From Candidatus Levybacteria bacterium RIFCSPLOWO2_12_FULL_41_12 (GTDB taxonomy: Bacteria > Patescibacteriota > Microgenomatia > Levybacterales > UBA12049), in assembly GCA_001784155.1 (NCBI GenBank), contig MFPL01000012.1:1-60952 (forward strand): a stretch of 60,952 nt of DNA, in the 5' to 3' direction. The notes under the pieces are model-generated. The model saw only the letters and a list, made by a program, of their open reading frames with translations, was not told the DNA's origin and did no database searches. Position numbers and translations under genes: made by a program. This document shows, piece after piece, positions 49,123 to 57,413 of the stretch (position 1 is its first letter; every line of letters begins with the position of its first letter).

Positions 49123-50358
49123 CTTATAGCCTCGGGTTTTAACAGTTACTATTTCTTTCTTGCTATTCTGATTTTTAAGTTTTACCCGCACTCTTGCCAC
49201 CAGCCTATCTATAGCCCAATCGGTTACGCCCAGTTCTTCAGCTTCAGGCCAGACGTTTTCAATAATCTGCTCTCTTTCGCAAACCTGATCTTTATTCGCC
49301 TCAAGAAAATTGAGAAGTGCGAGTTCTTTTTTAGTTAAATCTACAGATACAGTCTCTCTTCGGCTGCCTTTTGTTCTAATATACTCCTCAAAAAGAGAGC
49401 TAAAGAGTTTATCGTCTTCCCCAACAATTCCTGTGCTCCAAAGATATTCAGTTTCAGGAAAATCTTTTATTGCCTTACCGCTTCCTATCTCTAGAAGCGC
49501 TTTTTGCTCTCTATCGGTCAGACTTTCCCAAAGTTCTTCAGACTGAAGTGCTATGCGTTCATCTTTTAAGAGAAATTCGAACAGTTCGTCTTTTGTCGCC
49601 GGTATCTTATCTACCTCGTGGAGCGAAATTAAAGCAAACTGAAGATACTGAATGTAGCCATCGACCAAACCCAGAAGATTTTTGGTTTCTTCTTCACCTA
49701 GTTTTAGCGGGCGGGTTTTTATATTTGTGTCAAAGACTATTTGTGTGTCAGTGTGTTTTGCAGGTTTTATGTAAAATGTATCTGCAAAGACTGAAACAGA
49801 TTTCAAAGCCCGGTCGCTGGTAAAAACAAAGCTTAATTTACCATGAGCCGCGTCCACCAGTCCTTGAAAATTTGCAAATAGCTCGGGAGATATAGCCTCT
49901 TCTAGTCTGTCGAAGCGCAGATAAAAAACGGTTGGCAAGTATCCTTCCTCCGCAAGAGACGAAAGGCTTTTTCTAACGCAGTCAATTGTGAAGAAAAGAT
50001 CTTGAGACTGAATGCTATCTAAAAAATAGCTAGATACCTTTTTTTTGACCTTATCAGGCAGAGTGGACGCTTCTACGCTGTCGGCAATTCTTTTAAGGGT
50101 AAGAACCCAGAAGGGGAAAAGCTCTCTTTCTACGAGATCATTAAGATCTACGGGGACGAAGAAATGATTATCGCCTTTAAGATAAGTTTGTGGAATATCT
50201 TTGTGGTATAGAAAAAATCTTAAGAAATTACTTATTCCCACTCTTTTCATTCCCACAAGCACGACAGACCTCCGATTTGAAAGAAGAGCCCCAAGCCTGC
50301 CTGCTTCTTCTTCTCGGAAAGTGAGAGGGTAGCGTGTTTCAATGATATGGCCTTCCAT
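49102..50358 (-). CDS. Degenerate P-loop NTPase fused to an OmpR-type winged-helix DNA-binding domain
   Basis: FREEE...VVLVGMKRVGIS; C-terminal LTKKELALL...VW...IDRLVARVRVKL...IVTVKTRGYKL. Confidence 0.8.
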   Translation of the reverse strand: MEGHIIETRYPLTFREEEAGRLGALLSNRRSVVLVGMKRVGISNFLRFFLYHKDIPQTYLKGDNHFFVPVDLNDLVERELFPFWVLTLKRIADSVEASTLPDKVKKKVSSYFLDSIQSQDLFFTIDCVRKSLSSLAEEGYLPTVFYLRFDRLEEAISPELFANFQGLVDAAHGKLSFVFTSDRALKSVSVFADTFYIKPAKHTDTQIVFDTNIKTRPLKLGEEETKNLLGLVDGYIQYLQFALISLHEVDKIPATKDELFEFLLKDERIALQSEELWESLTDREQKALLEIGSGKAIKDFPETEYLWSTGIVGEDDKLFSSLFEEYIRTKGSRRETVSVDLTKKELALLNFLEANKDQVCEREQIIENVWPEAEELGVTDWAIDRLVARVRVKLKNQNSKKEIVTVKTRGYKLTEGKS

Positions 50359-50468
50359 ATGTAAAGCTATTCTAGCTTTAACTTTCTTATTTGGCAATGA
50401 AGTATTTTGTCAGGATTCTGACAGAAAAATATCAAGCAGGGAGGTTTTCTATTTGTTTAAATTAAAAC

Positions 50469-50669
50469 ATGCCAGGTAGCAGCCCAGATATCAGTCCATG
50501 CAGGCCTGCCGCAAGCCATTACCTTAGAGTAGTTAAAGATAGTGACGGGAGATTTCGGAGAGAGCCTGATGGCCGCTTAGAAATGCAGAGTGTTCCCCAT
50601 AGAGCGACGCTACTTTTTGATTCATCAAGAATTCGAAAAGGAGGCAGCCACTCAAATGGCAGGACCTGA
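50469..50669 (+). CDS. Hypothetical small protein
   Basis: 66-aa ORF divergent from the wHTH gene; no recognisable motif. Confidence 0.35.
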   Translation: MPGSSPDISPCRPAASHYLRVVKDSDGRFRREPDGRLEMQSVPHRATLLFDSSRIRKGGSHSNGRT

Positions 50670-50759
50670 TATAGAAATGGGATCAAGTCCTAGGCCTAGA
50701 AGGTAAACATCATCGGTTTTTTCTTGTGGTCTTCAGGCTAAGTGTATATAATATTTCAT

Positions 50760-52868
50760 ATGCCTCGAAGACGATCCAGAAGGCCAAAGCTTAAGCTAAA
50801 ATTACGCAAAAATACCATCTATTCCATTTTTGCACTGGGTCTTATTCTTTTTGGCGTTTTTGTTCTCCTTTCTTTCACCCAAAGCGGACCGACCCTAGTA
50901 TTTTTAAATGAGGTAATCGTTCGCCTCTTTGGCAGAATGGCGATTTTCTCAGCGCTTCTGGTAGTGCTTTTCGGCTTCTTGTTTTTAAGGCTTAAAACGT
51001 TTATTTCCCGTCCCCACACAGCCGTGGGGTACGCGATATTCTTCATGTCCATGCTGGCTTTGGGGAAATCCGGTCTTGCAGGAGAAATTTTATATGCCAA
51101 TATTGCAGACGTGGTATCTCCGATTGGTGCATTATTTATCTTTCTCGCAGGATTATTCATAGGCATCGTAGTATTTTTTGACACGTCAATTGACGAGATA
51201 GGAAAGATTGTGGCCTCAATAAGGGAAGTCTTTGGGAAAATTCTGCCCCGCGGCGCTTTATCGTTTTTTAAGAAAAGACCCGAAGCATTTGATGCAAAGA
51301 AGTTTACTATAAAAGGAGAAGTGTCCAGCTTTACCGGGTTTTCAAGAAAACAACCAACAGTGGCCTCCCAGTCTGCTGATCAATTCCCCGAAGACAAGCT
51401 TGTGAGTAACAAAATGCGAGGGGGGCTTATTTGGCAGTACCCCCCATTATCTCTTCTTGAAGATTCTGAAGGGAGAAAGGCAGAGCGGGGAGATATTAAG
51501 AAAATAGCATCAATTATTGAGGAAACCCTAAAAAGCTTCGGAATTGGCGCCAAAGTATCGGAAGTAAATCTGGGCCCTGCAGTTACGCAATACGCAGTTC
51601 AGCTGGCATTCGGTACAAGGGTCTCTAAAATTACTTCTCTTGCAAATGATTTGGCACTCGCTACAGAAGCGCCCACAGGACAGATAAGGATTGAAGCACC
51701 AATTCCCGGAAGAAATCTGGTAGGAATTGAGATCCCCAACAGGTCGCTTGAACTCGTGTCTCTTAGAACAATGCTTGCCTCCGACGTAATGATGAAAAGT
51801 AAATCAAAGCTTACTATTTCAATGGGGCTTGATGTATCGGGAAATCCTGTCGTCTCAGACATTGCAAAGATGCCCCACGTTTTAATCGCCGGAACCACGG
51901 GATCCGGAAAATCGGTCATGATAAATTCGATTATCGCGTCTCTTCTTTTCAGAGCGTCTCCTGAGGAGTTAAAGCTAATCCTTATTGATCCAAAGAGGGT
52001 AGAGCTGACAGGTTTTAACGGAATCCCGCATCTAATGGTGCCTGTAATTGTGGAGGCAGATAAAATTCTGTCTGCTCTTCGCTGGGCAATAAAAACGATG
52101 GACGAGCGATATAAAATTTTTGCAGAGAAAGGGGTAAGAAATATTGATGGTTTTAATGAGCTCGCAGGTTTTCAGTCTCTTCCGTACATTGTAGTCGTAA
52201 TTGATGAACTCGCAGATCTTATGGCTTTTGCCCCGGTAGAAGTGGAAGACGCGATAGCGCGTCTTGCTCAGATGGCTCGTGCGACAGGAATTCATTTAAT
52301 CGTCTCTACTCAGCGGCCATCGGTGGATGTTATAACAGGTCTCATAAAAGCCAACATTCCGGCTCGCGTAGCATTTAACGTGTCTTCCATGATTGACTCA
52401 AGAGTTATCCTTGACACTCCCGGAGCAGAAAAACTTCTTGGACGGGGAGACATGCTTTATATTCCACCTGACCAGGCAAAACCTGCAAGAATTCAAGGTG
52501 CTTTTGTATCCGATAAGGAAGTTAAGAGACTAGTCGATTTCCTGAAAGATAAAGGGCCGCAAGTAGAATACACAACAGAAATTATAGAAATGACTGGCGG
52601 AAGGCGAGGCAGAGGCACGGGGCAGTTGGGGCCTGATAAAAATGATCCTAAGTTTGAGCAGGCAGTGAGAATAGTTTGTGAGTTTGATAAAGCATCTGCG
52701 TCATTCCTCCAAAGAAAGCTGTCCATCGGATATTCAAAAGCAGCAGGGTTTATTGACGTCATGGAGGACGCAGGAATTGTGGGTCCGCAGGAAGGTGCAA
52801 AGCCCAGGGACGTTTTGGTGAAGAACGCTGATGATGCACTGAGTCTTCTTCAGGGAAATCAAGAATAA
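50760..52868 (+). CDS. ftsK: DNA translocase FtsK/SpoIIIE
   Basis: N-terminal TMs, MPHVLIAGTTGSGKS, IDELADLM, gamma domain LQRKLSIGY. Confidence 0.96.
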   Translation: MPRRRSRRPKLKLKLRKNTIYSIFALGLILFGVFVLLSFTQSGPTLVFLNEVIVRLFGRMAIFSALLVVLFGFLFLRLKTFISRPHTAVGYAIFFMSMLALGKSGLAGEILYANIADVVSPIGALFIFLAGLFIGIVVFFDTSIDEIGKIVASIREVFGKILPRGALSFFKKRPEAFDAKKFTIKGEVSSFTGFSRKQPTVASQSADQFPEDKLVSNKMRGGLIWQYPPLSLLEDSEGRKAERGDIKKIASIIEETLKSFGIGAKVSEVNLGPAVTQYAVQLAFGTRVSKITSLANDLALATEAPTGQIRIEAPIPGRNLVGIEIPNRSLELVSLRTMLASDVMMKSKSKLTISMGLDVSGNPVVSDIAKMPHVLIAGTTGSGKSVMINSIIASLLFRASPEELKLILIDPKRVELTGFNGIPHLMVPVIVEADKILSALRWAIKTMDERYKIFAEKGVRNIDGFNELAGFQSLPYIVVVIDELADLMAFAPVEVEDAIARLAQMARATGIHLIVSTQRPSVDVITGLIKANIPARVAFNVSSMIDSRVILDTPGAEKLLGRGDMLYIPPDQAKPARIQGAFVSDKEVKRLVDFLKDKGPQVEYTTEIIEMTGGRRGRGTGQLGPDKNDPKFEQAVRIVCEFDKASASFLQRKLSIGYSKAAGFIDVMEDAGIVGPQEGAKPRDVLVKNADDALSLLQGNQE

Positions 52869-52877
52869 AAAGCTTCT

Positions 52878-53519
52878 ATGATAAAGGTAGGACAGAAATT
52901 TCAGGAAGAACGTTTGAGAAGAGAGCTAACGCTTGCCCAGGTTGAAGAAGCGACCAAGATACGAGCAGCATTCATAGATGCTATAGAAAAAAGCGAGTAT
53001 TCCCGTCTTCCTTCCCCTGCATATGCCCATGGTTTTGTCAGGAATTATGCAAAGTTTCTTAATTTTCCCGAGGATCAGACATTAGCATTATTTAGAAGGG
53101 AGTTTGACTTAGAGCGTGAGTACGAAGTTTTACCAAAAGGCTTCTCCAAAACTTCAGAATTTTCAATTAAAAGAATTAGGGTGAATAGGACTTTTATCCT
53201 GATGGGATTTGGAGCAATCCTTCTTCTCGCATTTATTATTTATCAATACAGATCTGCTTTCATAAACCCCCCTCTTTTGATAACAGAGCCTAGAGAAGGG
53301 GCAGTTATAAAATCTTTGTCTGTTCGAATTTCGGGGAAGACCGATCCGGACTCAACAGTTTATATAGAAAACGAGGCAGTATCCCTTGCGAAAGACGGGT
53401 CATTTAAAAAGAGTGTGACCTTTTTTCCGGGAAAGACGACGATTAATATAAGATCAGTAAATCGTTTTGGGAAAGAGACTGTAAAACAGGTGCCGATTGA
53501 AGTAAAACCTGGCTCTTGA
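52878..53519 (+). CDS. RodZ-like HTH membrane protein with Ig-like C-terminal domain
   Basis: HTH with LPSPAYAHGFVRNYAKFL, TM helix, follows ftsK. Confidence 0.82.
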   Translation: MIKVGQKFQEERLRRELTLAQVEEATKIRAAFIDAIEKSEYSRLPSPAYAHGFVRNYAKFLNFPEDQTLALFRREFDLEREYEVLPKGFSKTSEFSIKRIRVNRTFILMGFGAILLLAFIIYQYRSAFINPPLLITEPREGAVIKSLSVRISGKTDPDSTVYIENEAVSLAKDGSFKKSVTFFPGKTTINIRSVNRFGKETVKQVPIEVKPGS

Positions 53520-53553
53520 CACAAAAACGTTATTGAGATAACTTAGAGGAACT

Positions 53554-53820
53554 ATGGCTGATCCTGCTCAAACAATTCTACTCGTAGTAATTCTAATTCT
53601 TTCCATACTCCTCGTAGTTTTGGGAATACAAGTCTTCTTAATCTTAAGAGATCTCCGTGAGACAATAGCCAAAGCAAATAAGGTTTTGGACGACGCAGGT
53701 CAAATTGCCCAGAGCGTATCTGCTCCTGTATCCACCATCTCCTCAATTCTAATGGGAATTAAAACAGGCGCAATAGCATCTTCAATTTTCAGTAAGAAAG
53801 GAAAGAAGGAAAAAGAATAA
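53554..53820 (+). CDS. Small membrane protein (DUF948-like)
   Basis: TM plus amphipathic helix; paired with a YtxH-like gene; TTGACA promoter at 53516. Confidence 0.7.
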   Translation: MADPAQTILLVVILILSILLVVLGIQVFLILRDLRETIAKANKVLDDAGQIAQSVSAPVSTISSILMGIKTGAIASSIFSKKGKKEKE

Positions 53821-54132
53821 ATGGGACAAAGTAGGTTTTCTGACGGTTTTTTACTTGGAGTAATTATTGGAGGAGGAATTGCTCTTCTTTTTACGACCAA
53901 AAAAGGAAATAAGATTCTAAAGGCAGTATCTGAAGAGGGGTTTGAAGGCTTAAGTAAGCTAATCGATGATGCGTCCCAAGGAGTCGATAATTATGTTGAG
54001 AAGAAGGAAGAAGAGGGTAAAGTCGAGGGGTTTTCTTTTGAAGATCAAAACGTAAAACCACCCACAAACGGAGACACTGCTGTAAAAGAGCTAAAGCCTG
54101 CGCGAAGATTCTTCAGAAGGATAAAGAAGTAA
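53821..54132 (+). CDS. YtxH-like protein
   Basis: GFLLGVIIGGGIALLFTTKKG. Confidence 0.75.
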   Translation: MGQSRFSDGFLLGVIIGGGIALLFTTKKGNKILKAVSEEGFEGLSKLIDDASQGVDNYVEKKEEEGKVEGFSFEDQNVKPPTNGDTAVKELKPARRFFRRIKK

Positions 54133-54135
54133 GTA

Positions 54136-54295
54136 AGACTGTTCGCATTGAAATTTTCTCATCTCTACGTTGCGCTAATTTTCCCTAGCTAGCTCGTTTT
54201 TTGTTTGACTAAAGTCTTAAGCTAATTCGCTTATCTTATGTTTTAGCTCAGGTATAGCTTCGAAAATTCCAAAGACTCACATTCTCAGAATTTTA
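54136..54295. other. Structured intergenic element, possibly a degenerate MITE
   Basis: Starts AGACTGTTCGC; AATTTTC/GAAAATT outer arms and internal hairpins GACTAAAGTC and TAAGC-TAATTC-GCTTA; no intact right terminal repeat. Confidence 0.3.
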
Positions 54296-54296
54296 T

Positions 54297-54340
54297 AATT
54301 TGGATTTGTTTAGAAATTAGTAATTAGGAATTAGAAATTG
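54297..54340. repeat. Degenerate 7-8 nt tandem repeat (TTAGAAA-like)
   Basis: tttagaaa ttagtaa ttaggaa ttagaaa tt. Confidence 0.6.
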
Positions 54341-54351
54341 TAACGAAGTTA

Positions 54352-55305
54352 CTAGAGTCCGTACTTTTCTATATTGTTATTGTGTTCCCCTAGTGTATCT
54401 GCGTATCTGTTAATACCGTTTTTGTCAGAAATATAGAATAGGTAATCGGTTTCTTTTGGACTTAGTGCAGCATCAAGACTGGCAAGTCCGGGATTTGATA
54501 TCGGCCCGGGCGGAAGCCCCGCTAGTCTGTAAGTGTTATAGTCGGAATTTATGAGTTTGTCGTTTGAGGTTAGCCCTCTTTTCCACCATCCCTGTCCGTC
54601 TCCCTGGAAACCCAATGCATACTGAAGGGTAGCATCTATATCTAATTTCATTCCGATGTCGAGCCTATTGTGAATTACTGAGGAAACAAGAGGTCTGTCT
54701 TCCGCATGTTTTGCCTCCCGTTCTATAAGGGATGCAATTATCACTGCATCTTCTTTTGAAAGCTGCCCTTTATTATCTAGCGATTTATACTTATTTTCAA
54801 AATTGCCAGTCATCATATTTATAATAAAATCAATGTCAGCGTCTTTAGGAATTAAATATGTGTCCGGAAAAAGATATCCTTCGTGATTTGTGAGTTCATC
54901 GGCCCATGAGTCTTGGTAGGAGGGAATTTTTACTTTAAGAATCTCAGCTACTTCTTCAGCCCTTTTCCCTTCAGGAATCGTTACCCATGCATCTAATGTT
55001 CCATGGGTCAGCTCTTCCGCAATTTCGTAGGCGTTCATAGACGGGTAAAGTCTATAGTCTCCGGCTTCTATTCTTATGTCCAGTCCCAGACGCTTCGTAA
55101 GAAGAAAAAAGACTATTTGATTTTTTATGAATCCCTGCTCTTTTAAATTTTTGGCAATAGCTTTTACACCCTGGCCTCTCTCAATTACGAAAATTCCGGG
55201 AGTATTGTTTTTATCGTTAACCGGTGAAGTTCCCGCTTTCCAAAAAACGAAAGCAGCGAGAAGTATTAAAAGGGCAATAATGAAAGCGATGGCAAGTCTT
55301 TTCAT
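54352..55305 (-). CDS. mltG: Endolytic transglycosylase MltG
   Basis: VTIPEG, EGYLFPDTY, ASLIEREA, YNTY..GLPPGPISNPG. Confidence 0.95.
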   Translation of the reverse strand: MKRLAIAFIIALLILLAAFVFWKAGTSPVNDKNNTPGIFVIERGQGVKAIAKNLKEQGFIKNQIVFFLLTKRLGLDIRIEAGDYRLYPSMNAYEIAEELTHGTLDAWVTIPEGKRAEEVAEILKVKIPSYQDSWADELTNHEGYLFPDTYLIPKDADIDFIINMMTGNFENKYKSLDNKGQLSKEDAVIIASLIEREAKHAEDRPLVSSVIHNRLDIGMKLDIDATLQYALGFQGDGQGWWKRGLTSNDKLINSDYNTYRLAGLPPGPISNPGLASLDAALSPKETDYLFYISDKNGINRYADTLGEHNNNIEKYGL

Positions 55306-56576
55306 GGGTACCTGAATAAAGGCAGGCTTAAAAGAGTTTCTTTAGCTTCATTAAGATTATACACTTTTTCGCTATAAAGTGTACAGATTGTCTCTCCTTT
55401 TTCAAACTTTTCGCCGATTTTTTTATTAAGATATATTCCTGATCTTTTCATATCAGGCGCACCAAGAATTCTTGAAACTGCAGTGAGATTTCTCATTTCA
55501 AAAGAGCATATCCTCCCGCTCTTTTCGGCCAACACTTTATAGGAGTGTTTCCCGGGATTAAGGTCTGTACTTTTGACATCGGGATCTCCCCCCTGTGCTT
55601 TTATTATTTCTTTCATCTTCGCTAAGGCAAGTCCGGACTGAAGAATTGACGAAGCCCAGTTGAAAGAATTTTTATATTGGTTCTTAACAAAATCTTTCTG
55701 TTCTTTGTTACAAGACTCAAGGCATAGTTCAAGAAGGTGTCCCGCGAGATTTATGCTTCTTGCTTCAAGGTCCAAAGCCCTGTCATCTCTTTGCTCAAGA
55801 ACCATAAGAGACTCCCGCGTCTCTAGCACTGGGCCGATTCCTCGTCCTGCGGGTTCGTCGGTCTTGTGCATTACGACTTCGATTTTTATGTCAAACCTTT
55901 TTGCTAAAATCTCGAATTTCCTTTTAAGAAGATTAGCATCGGTGAGCTTTTTTACTTTTGATTGATCCCCCCATGGAATATCTATCACCACATGATTTGA
56001 CCCAAAAGCTATTTTTTTGGCCATTATGGAAATTAAAATTTTGTCATATGACTCAAAAAGCAAAACTTCCTCAACCTTTATAATTACATCATCAGCCGGG
56101 GCAATGTTGACGCTTCCTCCCCATACAATACACCCATTGGTTTTTTCGACTGTCTCGTATATCTTCTTTTTTGAAAGAGTAACAGGAGCGAGTATTTCCA
56201 TGTCATCCGCTGTTCCTCCTGGAGTGGTAATTGCACGGGAGGAACTTTTAGGAATCTTAAATCCCGAAGCTGCGATTATGGGGACTACTATCATGGTTGT
56301 TCGGGTTCCGGGAATTCCGCCTATTGAATGTTTGTCCGCGACAATTCCTTTGAACTTGAGTCTCTCCCCGGTCTCTACCATTGCTTTAGTCAGGTAGTAT
56401 ATTTCCTCGTTTGAGAAGCCTTTTGAGAATCCGGATGCAGCAAAATAGGTGGTTAGGACGTCCCCCAATTTTTTCTGGGAAATCTGATCCATTATTGCAT
56501 AGACCTCTTTGTAGTTTAGCGTTTTGCCAACAAGCTTTTTTCTAATGGCAGCTATTGCCAGGTGTTTTTCATCCAT
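55302..56576 (-). CDS. AMP phosphorylase / thymidine phosphorylase family protein
   Basis: DKHSIGGIPG, PKSSSRAITTPGGTAD, GIGPVLE, IIKAQGG. Confidence 0.88.
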   Translation of the reverse strand: MDEKHLAIAAIRKKLVGKTLNYKEVYAIMDQISQKKLGDVLTTYFAASGFSKGFSNEEIYYLTKAMVETGERLKFKGIVADKHSIGGIPGTRTTMIVVPIIAASGFKIPKSSSRAITTPGGTADDMEILAPVTLSKKKIYETVEKTNGCIVWGGSVNIAPADDVIIKVEEVLLFESYDKILISIMAKKIAFGSNHVVIDIPWGDQSKVKKLTDANLLKRKFEILAKRFDIKIEVVMHKTDEPAGRGIGPVLETRESLMVLEQRDDRALDLEARSINLAGHLLELCLESCNKEQKDFVKNQYKNSFNWASSILQSGLALAKMKEIIKAQGGDPDVKSTDLNPGKHSYKVLAEKSGRICSFEMRNLTAVSRILGAPDMKRSGIYLNKKIGEKFEKGETICTLYSEKVYNLNEAKETLLSLPLFRYP

Positions 56577-56703
56577 TTTTTATTTGTTTTATTGCAAGAC
56601 CTAAGAATTTCTTGATAATCGAGATAAAATTATAATAAATAGTGTTTATAACCCTGTAGACGGTTGGCCAAATTCCGGCAAGCAGTCTTTTGAGTTTTAT
56701 CAT
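56569..56703 (-). CDS. Small amphipathic protein (44 aa), not in the ORF track
   Basis: MIKLKRLLAGIWPTVYRVINTIYYNFISIIKKFLGLAIKQIKNG; ATGA overlap with the sortase stop and 8-nt overlap with the next gene. Confidence 0.65.
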   Translation of the reverse strand: MIKLKRLLAGIWPTVYRVINTIYYNFISIIKKFLGLAIKQIKNG

Positions 56704-57413
56704 AGTTCTGAAAGCCTGGCCTTAATAACAAGTCGTTTCCAGATAGTGCCGGGAGGTGTGCATGTGATAAGAGTTATAAAGCTATCTGAAAAATCCTGTG
56801 CCAGAACAGAAGTATCGTTGGGTTCAACTACTATTATGCTTTGGACTTTATAATGATAACTTACTTTTCCCATATTCACGAAAATTGAATCTCCAACTCC
56901 GAGTTTGTAGGCATTGGCAAGAATTGTCTTGTAATCGTTTGGATTATAAAGCTGGGGGAGCGTTGAATGTCCAAATATTAACGTGTTGCCTTTTTGAGAA
57001 GGCGCAGTGTCTGTGTTGAATTGGACCATGTGCTTCGTTAGGTCGCGATCAGCGGACGAGACTTTTGCATCAGCCACGTTAATTTTAGGAATTGAAACCG
57101 AATAGTTAAGGTTTGTAAGTTTTTTGAATTGCGCATCTGGATACCAGTTCTCGGCATTTGTATAATCTACTGAAAAGCCTGCTGCGGCATTTGACAAGAG
57201 TCCTGCAATACTCCGTCCACCCGTAACTGCAGTCTTTGGAATTGGTACTTCAAAACTCTGTGACGCAAAGATGGGTGCGAAATAAATTTGCCACGAAATT
57301 ACAGGAAATGCAACGTAGAGAAATATGGCAACTCCTATTAAAGAGAGTATAAGGCTAAAAATCCTTGCGACTTTTCTGCCTTTAAAAGTTTTCTTTTTGT
57401 AATACTTAGTCAT
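56700..57413 (-). CDS. Sortase
   Basis: IPKI, IFGHS, TLITCTPPG and R catalytic motifs. Confidence 0.92.
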   Translation of the reverse strand: MTKYYKKKTFKGRKVARIFSLILSLIGVAIFLYVAFPVISWQIYFAPIFASQSFEVPIPKTAVTGGRSIAGLLSNAAAGFSVDYTNAENWYPDAQFKKLTNLNYSVSIPKINVADAKVSSADRDLTKHMVQFNTDTAPSQKGNTLIFGHSTLPQLYNPNDYKTILANAYKLGVGDSIFVNMGKVSYHYKVQSIIVVEPNDTSVLAQDFSDSFITLITCTPPGTIWKRLVIKARLSEL

